NCBI RefSeq assembly: GCF_023055435.1
Contig: NW_025964001.1
Location: forward strand, 40,920,001-40,984,000
DNA from: Haliotis rufescens
Lineage: Eukaryota
Reading direction: 5' to 3'
DNA: 64,000 nt
Part shown: piece by piece, positions 52,815-64,000 of the stretch
How the letters are laid out: each line of letters opens with the position of its first letter
Position numbering within the stretch: position 1 is the stretch's first letter
Position numbers and translations under genes: made by a program
The notes under the pieces: model-generated
The model's input: the letters and a program-made list of their open reading frames with translations, nothing else
What the model was told of the DNA's origin: nothing
The model's database searches: none

Positions 52815-55637
52815 GTTGTTGTTGTTGCATTAGGTGTTTAAGAGGTCGCCTTCTGCCTAGGCAATTTCGGCTGACCTGTCCCTCTTTGGGACTCCTGTGT
52901 GTGAGAAGGGTTCACATATCTATTGTGACATAATTTCTGTTTTTGCATTGATATGATTTCTATTTTCTTATATTGATATGATTTCATTTTTATCCTTGGC
53001 TGCTCTGTTCATATACGTTCGAGCAGCTGTCCATCTCTCAGAAATAGAGTTAGTTTGGCCTTCGCTATTGCATCTCTTGGCTTTAGGAGATCTATGACAG
53101 ATAGCGGATCTAACTGCAATTCTTGTTTTAACCTAGCCCGGGCTGGGGCATGGTCTTGACATTCTAGTAACAGGTGGTCAATGGTTTCAGCCTGATTGCA
53201 AGATGAACAAACCTTGTCATAGTGCTTTTTGTGACCAAGTCTGAGGCGTGAGATAGCAGTTTCAATTTTCCTTTCATTTGAGTATGAGTTTGGCTTTTGC
53301 TGGACCTTGGGTTGAATTTTGTATAGCCATCTGCCGATCTTACTTGCGTCCCATTGGGTTTGCCATCTTTTTGCTATGGAGGCTTTGATTTTGCTTTTTA
53401 TCTCTAGTTTACTAAAGGGAATAGGCTGTATATCCGCTTTGTCTAGAGCTAGCTTCGCCAGTGAGTCTGCTTTTTCATTTCCATGAATATCTATGTGAGA
53501 GGGGATCCAACACAGCTCCACCTGTTGCCCTTGGTCCGATAGTTTTGTATATTCGTATAGAATATTGTTGACTGTGTTTGGCCTGGAGTTTGAGTTTCTT
53601 CCACTGATGGCCTGAAGTGCACTTAGCGAGTCTGATAGGATGACTGCCTTTGCTTCCGGGAGTTCCGGTATGAGTTTGAGTGCATGATGAATTGCCTCCA
53701 ATTCAGCCGTGAATACTGACTGACCATCGGGCAAGCGAACTGAATGTGCTTGGGGTTTGGAGCTGTGGATATGGATCCCGTAACCAGCACTGTTGTTGAT
53801 AGGATTCTTGGATCCATCAGTGTATATATGGGCCCAGCTGTCCCAGGTAGTTTGAATTTTAGTGATAGCTACTGATCGTAGTAGGGTTGGGTTTTCTCTT
53901 TTAGTGACTTCTGATGTTAAAGCAGTGTCAACTTTGGGAGTTTGTAAAGTCCAGGGAGGGTGTAACCCTTTGTAGTGGAGGCTGAATGTCATCGCAATTG
54001 TGACTTCGAATGAGTTCACGTACTAATATCCCAGATGGCTTTAGTGAGGGATTTTTTCGAGCTAGGGCCTCATCTCGAGCGTTTTTGTCTTGCCATATCT
54101 TTTTAACCAAAGGGTTTGATGTTCGTCCCCAGAACGATAATATTGCCTGCTCTCGTCTTAGTTTCAATGGGAGTTCTCCCGTTTCTACTTGTAGTGCTTC
54201 TAGTGAGGTGCCTGTCGCTGCGCCTGTGGCCAGTATTAGGGCTTTGTATTGTATTCTGTCTAGTCGCCTCAAGACAGTATTTGATGCTGAGTGAAAAGCC
54301 TCACAACCATAGTCAATTTTGATCTGATAAGAGCTTTGTAGAGGTCCAGCTGAGTGTCCCTCGATGTGCCTGAAATTGCCCGTAATACGTTCAGGTCTTT
54401 TTGACATCTGTTTTCCACATATTCTATATGCTTGCGCCAAGTGAGGTGTTGATCAAGGATAACTCCAAGAAATATTGCAGATTTTTCGAATTTGATAGGT
54501 TTGCCTTTTATGGAGACACAGGGTATCATAGCATCTTTCCCCTGGCGTTTGAATAGAACTCCAACAGTTTTTTCACTTGAAAGGGTGAATCCCCATTTAT
54601 TGCACCATTGATCTACTCCGTCCAGGGCTGACTGGAGTTTTTTTCTGATTTGTGAGATATCTCTGTGCTTTACCCATATTGCTCCGTCATCAGCGAACTT
54701 AGAAGTTTGGGTAGGAGAGTTGACATGGTCAAAAAGATCATTGATCATGATATTAAACAGGGTTGGGCTTATAATGCTGCCTTGTGGCGTGCCATTGTCC
54801 AGTGCCATAGGATCCGATCGATTGTTCCCTATTTTAACGGAAAGCGACCTGTCTTGCAGGAAGCTGTCTATGAAGTTTGCCATGTTCCCTTCAACTCCAT
54901 TTTGTGATAGTTTTGAGAGGAGTCTGTCATGCCATACCATGTCGAAGGCTTTGCTGAAGTCCAGAAATACTGCGGCTAGGTATTGTCTGTTTAATTGGGC
55001 TTTTTTTATTTCATTTTCCAGTCTTAGAATATGATCTAGACACGAGTGGCCCTTCCTGAAGCCACTTTGGTCAGGTTTTATGTGGTTGCCAGTTTCAAGG
55101 TGATGCATGAGCCTTTTTGTAACCATGGCTTCCATGGCTTTGCACATGTTTGAGGTGAGTGAGATCGGTCGATAAGAGTTTGGTAGGGCTTCGTCTTTCC
55201 CTTGCTTTAGCAGCGGGATAACCGCAGCATGTTTCCATGCTTTTGGGACTTCTCCTTTTGACCATATCGTGTTATACAACTCAGTGAGTAAGCCTTTGGT
55301 TTGATCAGGTAGGTTTTTCAATATCTCGTAGCTGGTTGTGTCAAGACCAGGTGCTGTGCCTTTTCTATGTTGTATCGCATCATCAAACTCTGTCACAGTA
55401 AATGGTATATTGTATACCAGATGCTTGCTTTGCGGCCGTTTTGAGATCTTAGGCATAAGCATTTTTGCCTGTTTAAATTCTTTGCTGCAATTTGTGTTGC
55501 TGCTGACAGATGAGAAGTGCTCAGCTAGAATGTTGGCCTTTTCGTTGACTGTATGGGCGTTGGCTAACTTGGGAATTTTTGTGGGTTTACGCTTACCCCT
55601 GATTGCGTGTATTTTGCTCCAGTCTGTTTTAGCATTT
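52815..55637 (-). mobile_element. 5'-truncated I-group (I/Nimb-like) non-LTR retrotransposon: RT, RNase H, CCHC; two frameshifts
   Basis: RT motifs YRPISLTS, QSGFR, FLDFSKAFD, GTPQGS, FADD. RNase H motifs YTDGS, AELEAI, SDS, WIPSH..GNEKAD. Zinc motif CSSC..H..LEC. (CAA)n tail and 9-bp TSD GATCATGCT at 52806..52814 and 55638..55646. Confidence 0.93.
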
Positions 55638-55828
55638 GATCATGCTTATAAGCTGCTTGAATTTATAGTGACATTTGCATAATCCTCTTCCTGGGTAGTG
55701 GAAGTCTAACATGTGTCTAAGGGCAGAGAGATATTCTCATTGAAGTATTACGCTTGATTTAATCTGTTTCAGTCGTCGAAGTGAGCTTTGCACAGAATAA
55801 TAAATGATTAATGACTGATTAAGAAGCT

Positions 55829-58800
55829 ATGGGTAAAGACCGCATTCCGCCTGACACCAGCTCCCCCTCGACAAGTCGCCACCACACAGAAGGTAAGAGG
55901 AAACAAGTGGCTGCTAGTGCTGATCATCACCAAGAGCCGAAGAAATGGAAGAAAAAAGGAAAACAATACATCTCCAGCAGTTCTGCATCCCAAGAAAGAC
56001 ACTGTGACCAGTCCAACAAGAGAAACCAGTGTGCCATGTCATCTAAAAGGTATCACAAGAAGAAAAGGAAGTCTCGCCAGACGACTAAAAGAGTTGAAGA
56101 CACCTCAAGTGAGGCCTGTACTTCAAAGAGTCAAACTTCAGAAGCTCCTCATATCCTTTACATATCACTAGAACCAAACGGTGGTGGTATTTGTATCACA
56201 GATTTTACCATGGACTTTCAAATTCAATTACATGTAGAACGGAAACAGATGTTTAACATGTATACACAATGAATTGTTTGATAGGCATTACTTAGAAGTT
56301 GACCAATGACAAAGTAGACACAATTTATGGATAACAACTTCTTTAATACTGTAAAAAGTGACGTTTTGGTATAGATCCTTATACCGTTGTCAAGCAAGAC
56401 TGAATGAGAGACATTGTACAGAATATATATATATCTTTATTTTTACACTATGAACAACCTGTATCATTGCAATGTGCGATACAAGGCGAAGATCGTGAGA
56501 TTGGCCGAGCGCGCTCCCCCGCCTCGGCCTCGGTTAAACGGCTCATCGTCTATAGCGCCCACCAATTATTTGGACCCCATTGGTAGCGTTGTAGCGAGGG
56601 ATCACTGTAGTAGGTGGATGATTAACAGGAGAGGATTAACAGTAACAACAATTGGATACATGAGTGGGATAACATGAGTAAGTAATGACGGAGGATAATA
56701 CTGTCACATCCCGATGGACAGAACACATAGGTGGAAGCCAATGGGACATGAAGCCAATTAAACAGGATAAGTGATAATTACTTAATCATGTTAATGAGTT
56801 CATAGTAGGCGGATGAAATGAAATAGCCTTGATCTCTGTTGATAGTGGCGGCGAATGTGGACTGCTTCTGTTACACAATGGTTCACAAGTGAAATTAAAG
56901 TTGCACAACATAAAGAATATGTAGAATCGATCTCAGTCATGGTGGACACTGTAAGTTGAAATTTACAGTGTAAAATGTAATATATATAATGATATATGCG
57001 CTGCATGTGCAAATAATGTGTTATATATAGTAGCTCATATTGCTATGGATATGCATCTGGATATGTTTATATACTAGTATCAGAAACCTCATCTATCAGA
57101 TGATATATTTACATGAAATGAAATATGCATAACTTAAAATGTTTCTGGATGCGGACTTATCAACAGTGCAAATTACACACTATTGTGGCAATTCATCATG
57201 CAGCATCTAACATCAAAGGTCGGGAACCGAAAGGTCAGGAACCATGTGATCACAGTGTTAATTTTATCCTGGTATTACACAATCTTGTCAGAAAAAGTAT
57301 TCATTGTATGTCTGAACTGAAGTTTGTAATCTATTTTATTAATTTTATTCAAACTTTCATTTGATAATGTTTACATTAATTTCTGCTAAATTGTGTGTGA
57401 ACAGATTGGCAGATCGCACCAACTCGCCGTTATTTTCAGCAGCCACAGTCACACTACCATTATTGTCACATTGAAATGAAAGTTAGTTGACAGAGAGTGG
57501 ATACATATATCATAAATGCCATACTTTGACTTGTAAAAAGCCATTTTGTTGCAGTTTGAGTATTCTGTGTATTTTCTGAATGTATTATTCAGTTTGAAAT
57601 TGTTGAAAGTGGAGGCTTGTACACTGACAGATTGTCCTTAACACTGAGCACAGATACCAGGCTTCTACTATGACCCAGATCAGAAGAAGTACTTCAAGAT
57701 CCTGTCCAGTAACAACAATGTTAATGTTGTCACAAAGGAAAAAATTGAAAGGGATCAGGCCGAAAAACAGAGACTTAAAGATTTGTCTGAACTTGTGTCT
57801 TCAAATCGAACCAAACCAGATTCTAATCTCCCAAAACGGACGGCCAATTTGGTTCACCTACTGTGTAGAAGTGAAAGAGGTGATATTGGGCAGACACATC
57901 TTAAGAATCAGATGGTGATGTCAGACATCGGGTCTCTGAAACCAGCTGGGTCGTGGGTTGTGTTGGATGCTCCTCGTGGAGTCCACGAATCCCTGGATCA
58001 CATGCTGATGATGGACACTAGCCGGGACAAGGACAAGATTCTAGGACTGTGGTCGGTGAAGGAGACGGTGATGCAGAGACTGCAACTGTTGCATCTCGGG
58101 GAGAAGCAAAGGACAGACAGCAGCGCCACGCTCTCGCTCGATATCGGTGCAACAGGGACTACGGTTCTTCAGTCATGGAATAAGATCTCTAACGTATGTT
58201 GGGCTCCGTTTATTAAGTCTCCCGATCGGAACCATGTGTTGTACACCACCATATGCCATACCGGCAACTCCTTCAGTTTAGCTTTCATCAGGAATCTGGA
58301 CAAGACTCGGCGCCAAGAGGAGTACTTTGATTTTGATCTTGGGTCCAGGGCGACCTGGACATGTGCGTGGAACTATGCCAGGCAACAGTTCAGTGTGGGG
58401 AGTGAGAAGCGCTCTCTGTTGGTGGACGTGGAGACAAGGCGCATGTGGGAGTTCCCATGCACCAGTGATCCCTTTGCTCAAATCTTCTCACCCAACGTGA
58501 GTTGTTCAGCATGAGGAGGGGCATGTTTTGTTGAATTTCATATTAATTGTTTTGATAGAAAAGGATTAAACCCAGTGGTTCTGCCATAAGCAATCATTAA
58601 CGGACATTGTTATAATTTACTGTAAATCTGGGAAGTTTTGCGACATGAAATTATCAAGTGTTTAAAACACTAGCCTTTCCTGCGTTTGGAACTTTTTGCG
58701 AGACCCTGTTCATGAGATTACCAATGATCAAAGCTACTTCTGCATGTGTTATTTTTTATAAGTAGTCAGCGGCATGAGGAAAGGGTAACTCAGTGTTTTA

Positions 58801-61800
58801 TTAACCATGTTAACTATAGATGCATGTGTTGTTTTAGTTGACAAGGGAAGGTTGGAGTAGCATGTTTATCTAACAGTATTGACTGGCTGGCATATGTCTG
58901 GACTGCTCAGTGTTATGTAAGCTAATAGACAAGATGTGGCAGGTCTGTAAATGTTTCTGATCAGACAAAGTGTAATTAAGGAAATGGGAGGGATTATTGA
59001 TTTAGTCATGTTAATTAGGCAACTGACTGGTTGACAAAGTGTGGAAGAAAACAGAAGAAATATACCTCCTGGCGTTTTAGTTGATCTACAAACATGTCAA
59101 ATATAACTGTGTTGTGAAACTATTGCAAGTGTGTTACTCACAGTTTTCGCAGTACTTGCCTGCTGGCAAAACTTTCCAGATTTACGGTTCTTTGAAATCA
59201 AATTATATATATGTTTAGCCTTTTATATGAACATGCTAAATAGAGAATCTCACCGGCAGGTCTTTTGATGTATTGTTTTATTCTATTTACCATCCAGCAT
59301 GTAGAACATCATTCTTCCAACTGTGTTTGTAAGCCCTGATATGTATGTCTGCAGTGTAAAAGGTACTGCTAACTGGCATCAGTGGCACTGGCAGAGGGAT
59401 GATGAATGTAATTTGATTGTGATGTCATGGTAACTGATGATTTTACAGTAGTCTGCAAAGTACTTTGATGCAATTTGATTACATTATTGAGATATATCTT
59501 CCTGAGTCAAGGGAGTTAACTGACTGTAAAAGTGGTAAAAATCCAGTTTCCACCCTTGTTGAACTAGGCTGGAATTTCAGAGCTCAATCGCAGTGCCACC
59601 AATGGCTTTTAGGAGTAATGTCCCTTCTATGTCCCTCATTGACCAATCAGATTCCACCTTTCATATCACTTGCATTTACTTCAAACAAAGTGGCGGCACC
59701 CAGTAAGGTCGATTTGATCGATAATCAAAATCTATATCGTGATAAAACTGTCTTACTTCGTGAGCACCTTGATTGAAAACATGAAAATATTTGGAAAATA
59801 TCTGTTGACGTCGAGTTGGTGGTACACATGCTTTGCAAATCCTGCAAATCTGCTTTGGAGTTCATGAACCGGATGTCGTTACACGATTTTGATTGGACTA
59901 TACATTAGTCATTAGAATTTAGTCCAACCAAAATATAATTCCATAATTCTAGCCTAGTTCAGCAAGGGAGGAAAATGGACTTTTACAGTCAGTTAACTCC
60001 CTTGCCTCGGGAATATGAGGAGATATCGCCTTAGTGATATCGCCAGTGGAAGCCAGTTTTGGATGATGAATCCATGACTTTCTACTACCTTCCAGTCAGG
60101 ACACAACCTGTACAGTGGCGGGAGGAATGGGGTTGTCTTGTGCCATGACCTGCGCAGCCTGCCAACTCAACCAAGCACCTACCTCGGACACAAGACAAGC
60201 ATTTCCTCCCTCAGGATTAGCAGCTCGGAAAATGAACTGTTCTCAAGTGACATTTCAGGAAGGGTAAGTGTTCCATGTAGGCCAGGGAGGAAGGCAACTG
60301 CCATAGTAGTCTGATGATCTAAAGATGTGGAGCTTACTGTGGTTCATAGAGGTGCATGAAATACTAATGAATACATATCCAGCATTAGACATGTTAGAAA
60401 CTAACAGTTTTAGTCCACTACTCCTTATGATGATAACAATTGGCAAAACCCTTAAAAATGATATCTTAACTATTGGGCAGTTTGGCAAGGACTACAGGAC
60501 TAGTGCCAATTTCTAATGCTGCATATCGCAATACATTAGAAAATGCTGGTTACTGTGCTTTTCAAAATCATCGATATTTTCATCTTGTTGGCAAAGTTTA
60601 CATTAGTGAAAGGTGAGATTAAAAATTTTAAAATCGGAAATTAGCAACTTATTCCTGTGGCCGTAAAAAGTGAAACCATTTGCAACCAGCTTCCTGTATA
60701 TGATGTGTCTATCAGGCGTGCATATGTAACCATAGTAATATCCAACAACATGGTTGATGAATATGAAGTTATCAAAAATATTCATGGTAAATCCAGCGTT
60801 AGTTAATAGTTAAGGCATCATAAGGGCTAGTAGAAATTTGCCCTTTTTAAGGGTCTTACTATATGTTATCATTATAAGGACTAGTGGACTAAAACTGTTA
60901 GTTTCTACTGCTGGCAAATACAATGTATGGGTCTATTTCTGGCTTAAAAAAAGAAAACATGATAAAAAAATCAAAGATAATATTGCTGTGTGCAAATACT
61001 GTGACTTTTAAATTTTTTTAAAGATATTTAATGATCCACAAATGGCGTCCCCATGCTCTACAAATGCTCAGGTTTATAACAAATTACAGATGAAAGAACA
61101 TATGCAATATACTGTGGTATGTATCACAGTACATGAATCATTGTTGCAATATATTGCAATACGAAACTCAGGCTAATACCTATTACAAGTGGTTAATGCT
61201 TTTCTCACGGGTGTAAATCGTGACTGGTGGTTGTTAGAAAGTGTGGATCTTCTTCAATCCAGGTGAAGATGTGGGATGTGCGCATGCAGCGGGCAGTGAT
61301 TGAGTATTCCGGACTCTTCAACCGATACAGTCGGATACCACTACAGTTGGATGAGACAGAGCAGGTGTTGTATGGAGGTGAGTTGATGAGAGGACAGGTG
61401 TTGTATGGAGGTGAGTTGATGAGAGAGCAGGTGTTGTATGGAGGTGAATTGATGAGAGGGCAGGTGTTGTATGGAGGTGAGTTGATGAAAGGGCAGGTGT
61501 TGTATGGAGGTGAGTTGATGAGAGACATGTGTTTTATGGAGGTGAGGATGACGAGAGGGCAGGTGTTGTATGGAGGTGAGTTGATGAGAGGGCAGGTGTT
61601 GTATGGAGGTGAGTTGATGAGAGACATGTGTTGTATGGAGGTGAGTTGATGAGAGACATGTGTTGTATGGAGGTGAGTTGACGAGAAGGCAGGTGTTGTA
61701 TGGAGGTGAGTTGATGAGAGGGCAGGTGTTGTATGGAGGTGAGTTGATGAGAGACATGTGTTGTATGGAGGTGAGTTGATGAGAGGGCAGGTGTTGTATG

Positions 61801-62995
61801 GAGGTGAGTTGATGAGAGACATGTGTTGTATGGAGGTGAGTTGATGAGAGACATGTGTTGTATGGAGGTGAGTTGACGAGAAGGCAGGTGTTGTATGGAG
61901 GTGAGTTGATGAGAGGGCAGGTGTTGTATGGAGGTGAGTTGATGAGAGACATGTGTTGTATGGAGGTGAGTTGATGAGAGAGCAGGTGTTGTATGGAGGT
62001 GAGTTGATGAGAGGACAGGTGTTGTATGGAGGTGAGTTGATGAGAGACATGTGTTGTATGGAGGTGAGTTGACGAGAAGGCAGGTGTTGTATGGAGGTGA
62101 GTTGATGAAAGGGCAGGTGTTGTATGGAGGTGAGTTGATGAGAGGGCAGGTGTTGTATGGAGGTGAGTTGATGAGAGACATGTGTTGTATGGAGGTGAGT
62201 TGATGAGAGGGCAAGGGTTGTATGGAGGTGAGTTGACGAGAAGGCAGGTGTTGTATGGAGGTGAGTTGATGAGAGACAGGTGTTGTATGGAGGTGAGTTG
62301 ATGAGAGGGCACATGTTGTATGGAGGTGAGTTGATGAGAGAGCAGGTGTTGTATGGAGGTGAGTTGATGAGAGTCCAGGTGTTGTATGGAGGAGAATTGA
62401 TGAGAGGACAGGTGTATGGAAATGAGTTGATGAGAGGACAGGTGTTGTATGGAGGTGAATTGATGAGAGAACAGGTGTTGTATGGAGGTGAATTGATGAG
62501 AGGACAGGTGTTGTATGGAGGTGAATTGATGAGAGGACAGGTGTTGTCTGGAGGAGAATTGATGAGAGGACAGGTGTATGGAAATGAGTTGATGAGAGGA
62601 CAGGTGTTGTATGGAGGTGAGTAAAGAGAGAGCAAGTGTGGTATGGAGGTGAGTTGATGAGAGGACAGGTGTAGTATGGAGGTGAGTTGATGAGAGGACA
62701 GGTGTTGTATGGAGGTGAGTTGATGAGAGAGCAAGTGTGGTATGGAGGTTATCGATTATGTATTAACACAGAAGTGTAAATGAAGTGGTTTGTTTCAGCT
62801 GGACAGGACTGCTATACAAGATTCTGGTCTGTGAAGACTGGTGAACTGCTGAAGACTGTGCCCCCGCCATGCCCTGTAACAAGGGAGACAATCCCAGCAG
62901 TGCAGTACTCTACACGGTGGGCCAATCGGGAAGGAAACACCGGCCTCATCATGGGAATAGGAGATAGGCTGTATTACTACTGTAGGTCTACGTGA
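55829..62995 (+). CDS. DCAF4: DDB1- and CUL4-associated factor 4 (WD40), 5 coding exons, about 548 aa
   Basis: Exons 55829..56150, 57652..58496, 60096..60263, 61263..61377, 62799..62995. Motifs: PQIPGFYYDPDQKKYFKI, TWTCAWN, DLR, VKMWDVR (DWD), AGQDCYTRFWS. Intron 1 is AT-AC. Confidence 0.88.
56151..57651 (+). other. U12-type (minor spliceosome) AT-AC intron in DCAF4
   Basis: 5' site ATATCCTTT at 56151, branch site TCCTTAAC at 57635..57642, terminal AC at 57650..57651. Splicing gives in-frame E-A-P-Q-I-P-G-F-Y. Confidence 0.88.
58620..59187. mobile_element. TA-flanked MITE in DCAF4 intron 2
   Basis: TIR CTGTAAATCTGGGAAGTTTTGC / GCAAAACTTTCCAGATTTACGG. Confidence 0.78.
59496..60017. mobile_element. 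MITE family E with ~75-bp TIRs (ATCTTCC(C/T)GAG..AAGGGAGTTAACTGACTGTAAAAG..)
   Basis: Long inverted termini. Related copies at ~24765..25097, 35805..35887, 48218..48629 and 3809..3914. Confidence 0.85.
60395..60907. mobile_element. MITE with ~45-bp TIRs, TAG..CTA termini
   Basis: TAGAAACTAACAGTTTTAGTCCACTA.. / ..TAGTGGACTAAAACTGTTAGTTTCTA. Confidence 0.82.
61350..62748 (+). repeat. 31-33-bp minisatellite (about 43 copies) duplicating the DCAF4 exon 4 donor
   Basis: Unit GATGAGAGGGCAGGTGTTGTATGGAG|GTGAGTT. The first unit is the coding end of the exon (DETEQVLYG). Confidence 0.95.
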
Positions 62996-63001
62996 CAACA
63001 T

Positions 63002-63150
63002 GGCGGTGGGGTATCCTAGTGGTTAAAGCGTTCCGCCGAAGACCCGGGTTTGATTCCCCACATGGGTACAATGTATGAAGCCCATTTCTGATGTCCCCCG
63101 CCGTGATATTGCTGGAATATTGCTAAAAGCAGAAAACCGTACTCACTCAC
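63002..63150 (+). mobile_element. SINE family A inserted about 6 nt after the DCAF4 stop codon
   Basis: Homologous to the other copies. CTACGTGACA occurs on both sides, a possible TSD overlapping the stop codon. Confidence 0.85.
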
Positions 63151-64000
63151 TACGTGACATCTCATTAATCATCATCCCTGCTTCTTGCATTCAGGGTCTC
63201 TTTGCCAACAGGTGCTCTGATATTTACAAAACACATGCTGCACTGTTGATACTACACATGAAAGACTTCTCCTTGGTTTGCTTCAATCTGTTTGCTATGA
63301 ACACAGTGTGATATTGTCATGTGTATGAGCCGAGAGACACAGCACTGTATTGTCAGTGATGGAACTTGTCTGTAAATGCAGCCAGTTCCCTGGGGCTTAA
63401 TATTGAATGTTAAATTGATACTACGAGCCCTGCTGACACTGGTATTGTGTATGATGAGAGAAGCAGTGTTGTGGTATGAGACAAGAGAAGCAGCACTGTT
63501 GTCATGGTTGTGTTGCATGTATCAAGGCGAGTGTTGTTTATATGTTGTGCATGCTGATGCAGAGATAACCGTTGTGTTGAATACGCCCATGCTGAATGCT
63601 GGTGGCGCTGTAGTGTGTCATGTGTGCTGAGATTTACACAGGGGTTGATTTAACTGCTGGCCCGTTGGCTCACGGCCAGTTAAAATTACGAAATGCTTGC
63701 TGAAACATAAAGTAGTCAGGCTAGTCAAAATTTCACCCCTTCTCTGTGTATGTTTAATTTTTTTAATTGGTCACTGCTCGTGAATCATGTTATTACGATG
63801 AAAAAGTATTCAGGGGGGATGTGGTCGTGTGAATGGGTAACTCAAAGATCATTTCGGTGGAATTACACAACCAGCGGCCATTTTGTACATCATCTTTACT
63901 TGCTCTTAAAACTGGCTTGAAATGAAGCAAATGGAAGCCAAGATTTAATCTCGGTGCAGGAAATGACGTTTCAGGGGTGAGGCACTCTAAAGTTTTCAGA

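Noticed and set aside
52815-52870. The I-group LINE as partner of the SINE tails
   Set aside because: Only loose resemblance (..AATTGCCT..GGCGAC..TTAAAC), too weak to call by eye.
55892-57630. GT-AG version of DCAF4 intron 1
   Set aside because: This join meets TAA and TGA before the conserved IPGFYYD. The AT-AC join is in frame and has full U12 signals.
61205-62734. 509, 323 and 226 aa minus-strand ORFs (SPPYNTC repeats)
   Set aside because: They are the stop-poor antisense strand of the DCAF4 intronic minisatellite, with no independent gene signals.

Overview
Intron-rich animal genomic DNA, probably molluscan (inferred from its SINE/MITE repertoire). Six spliced protein-coding genes can be rebuilt exon by exon with consistent reading frames: PRORSD1/PrdX (-), a head-to-head pair of RDH13-like SDR paralogues (- and +), a signal-peptide-bearing GH65 glucosidase (PGGHG/ATHL1-like, +), RRP15 (-) and DCAF4 (+). 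Introns and intergenic DNA hold four SINE-like families, several MITE families, a fairly young 5'-truncated I-group LINE (RT + RNase H, with TSD) and a decayed L2/CR1 fragment. Three signals stand out. (1) Five independent tandem arrays have repeat units that straddle an exon-intron boundary, multiplying splice donors or acceptors about 3 to 43 times in three genes. (2) DCAF4 intron 1 is a U12-type AT-AC intron. (3) A multi-copy retroposon family without a tRNA head starts with a compact pseudoknot, a candidate ribozyme or new head type. All coordinates were counted by hand, and repeat boundaries are approximate.
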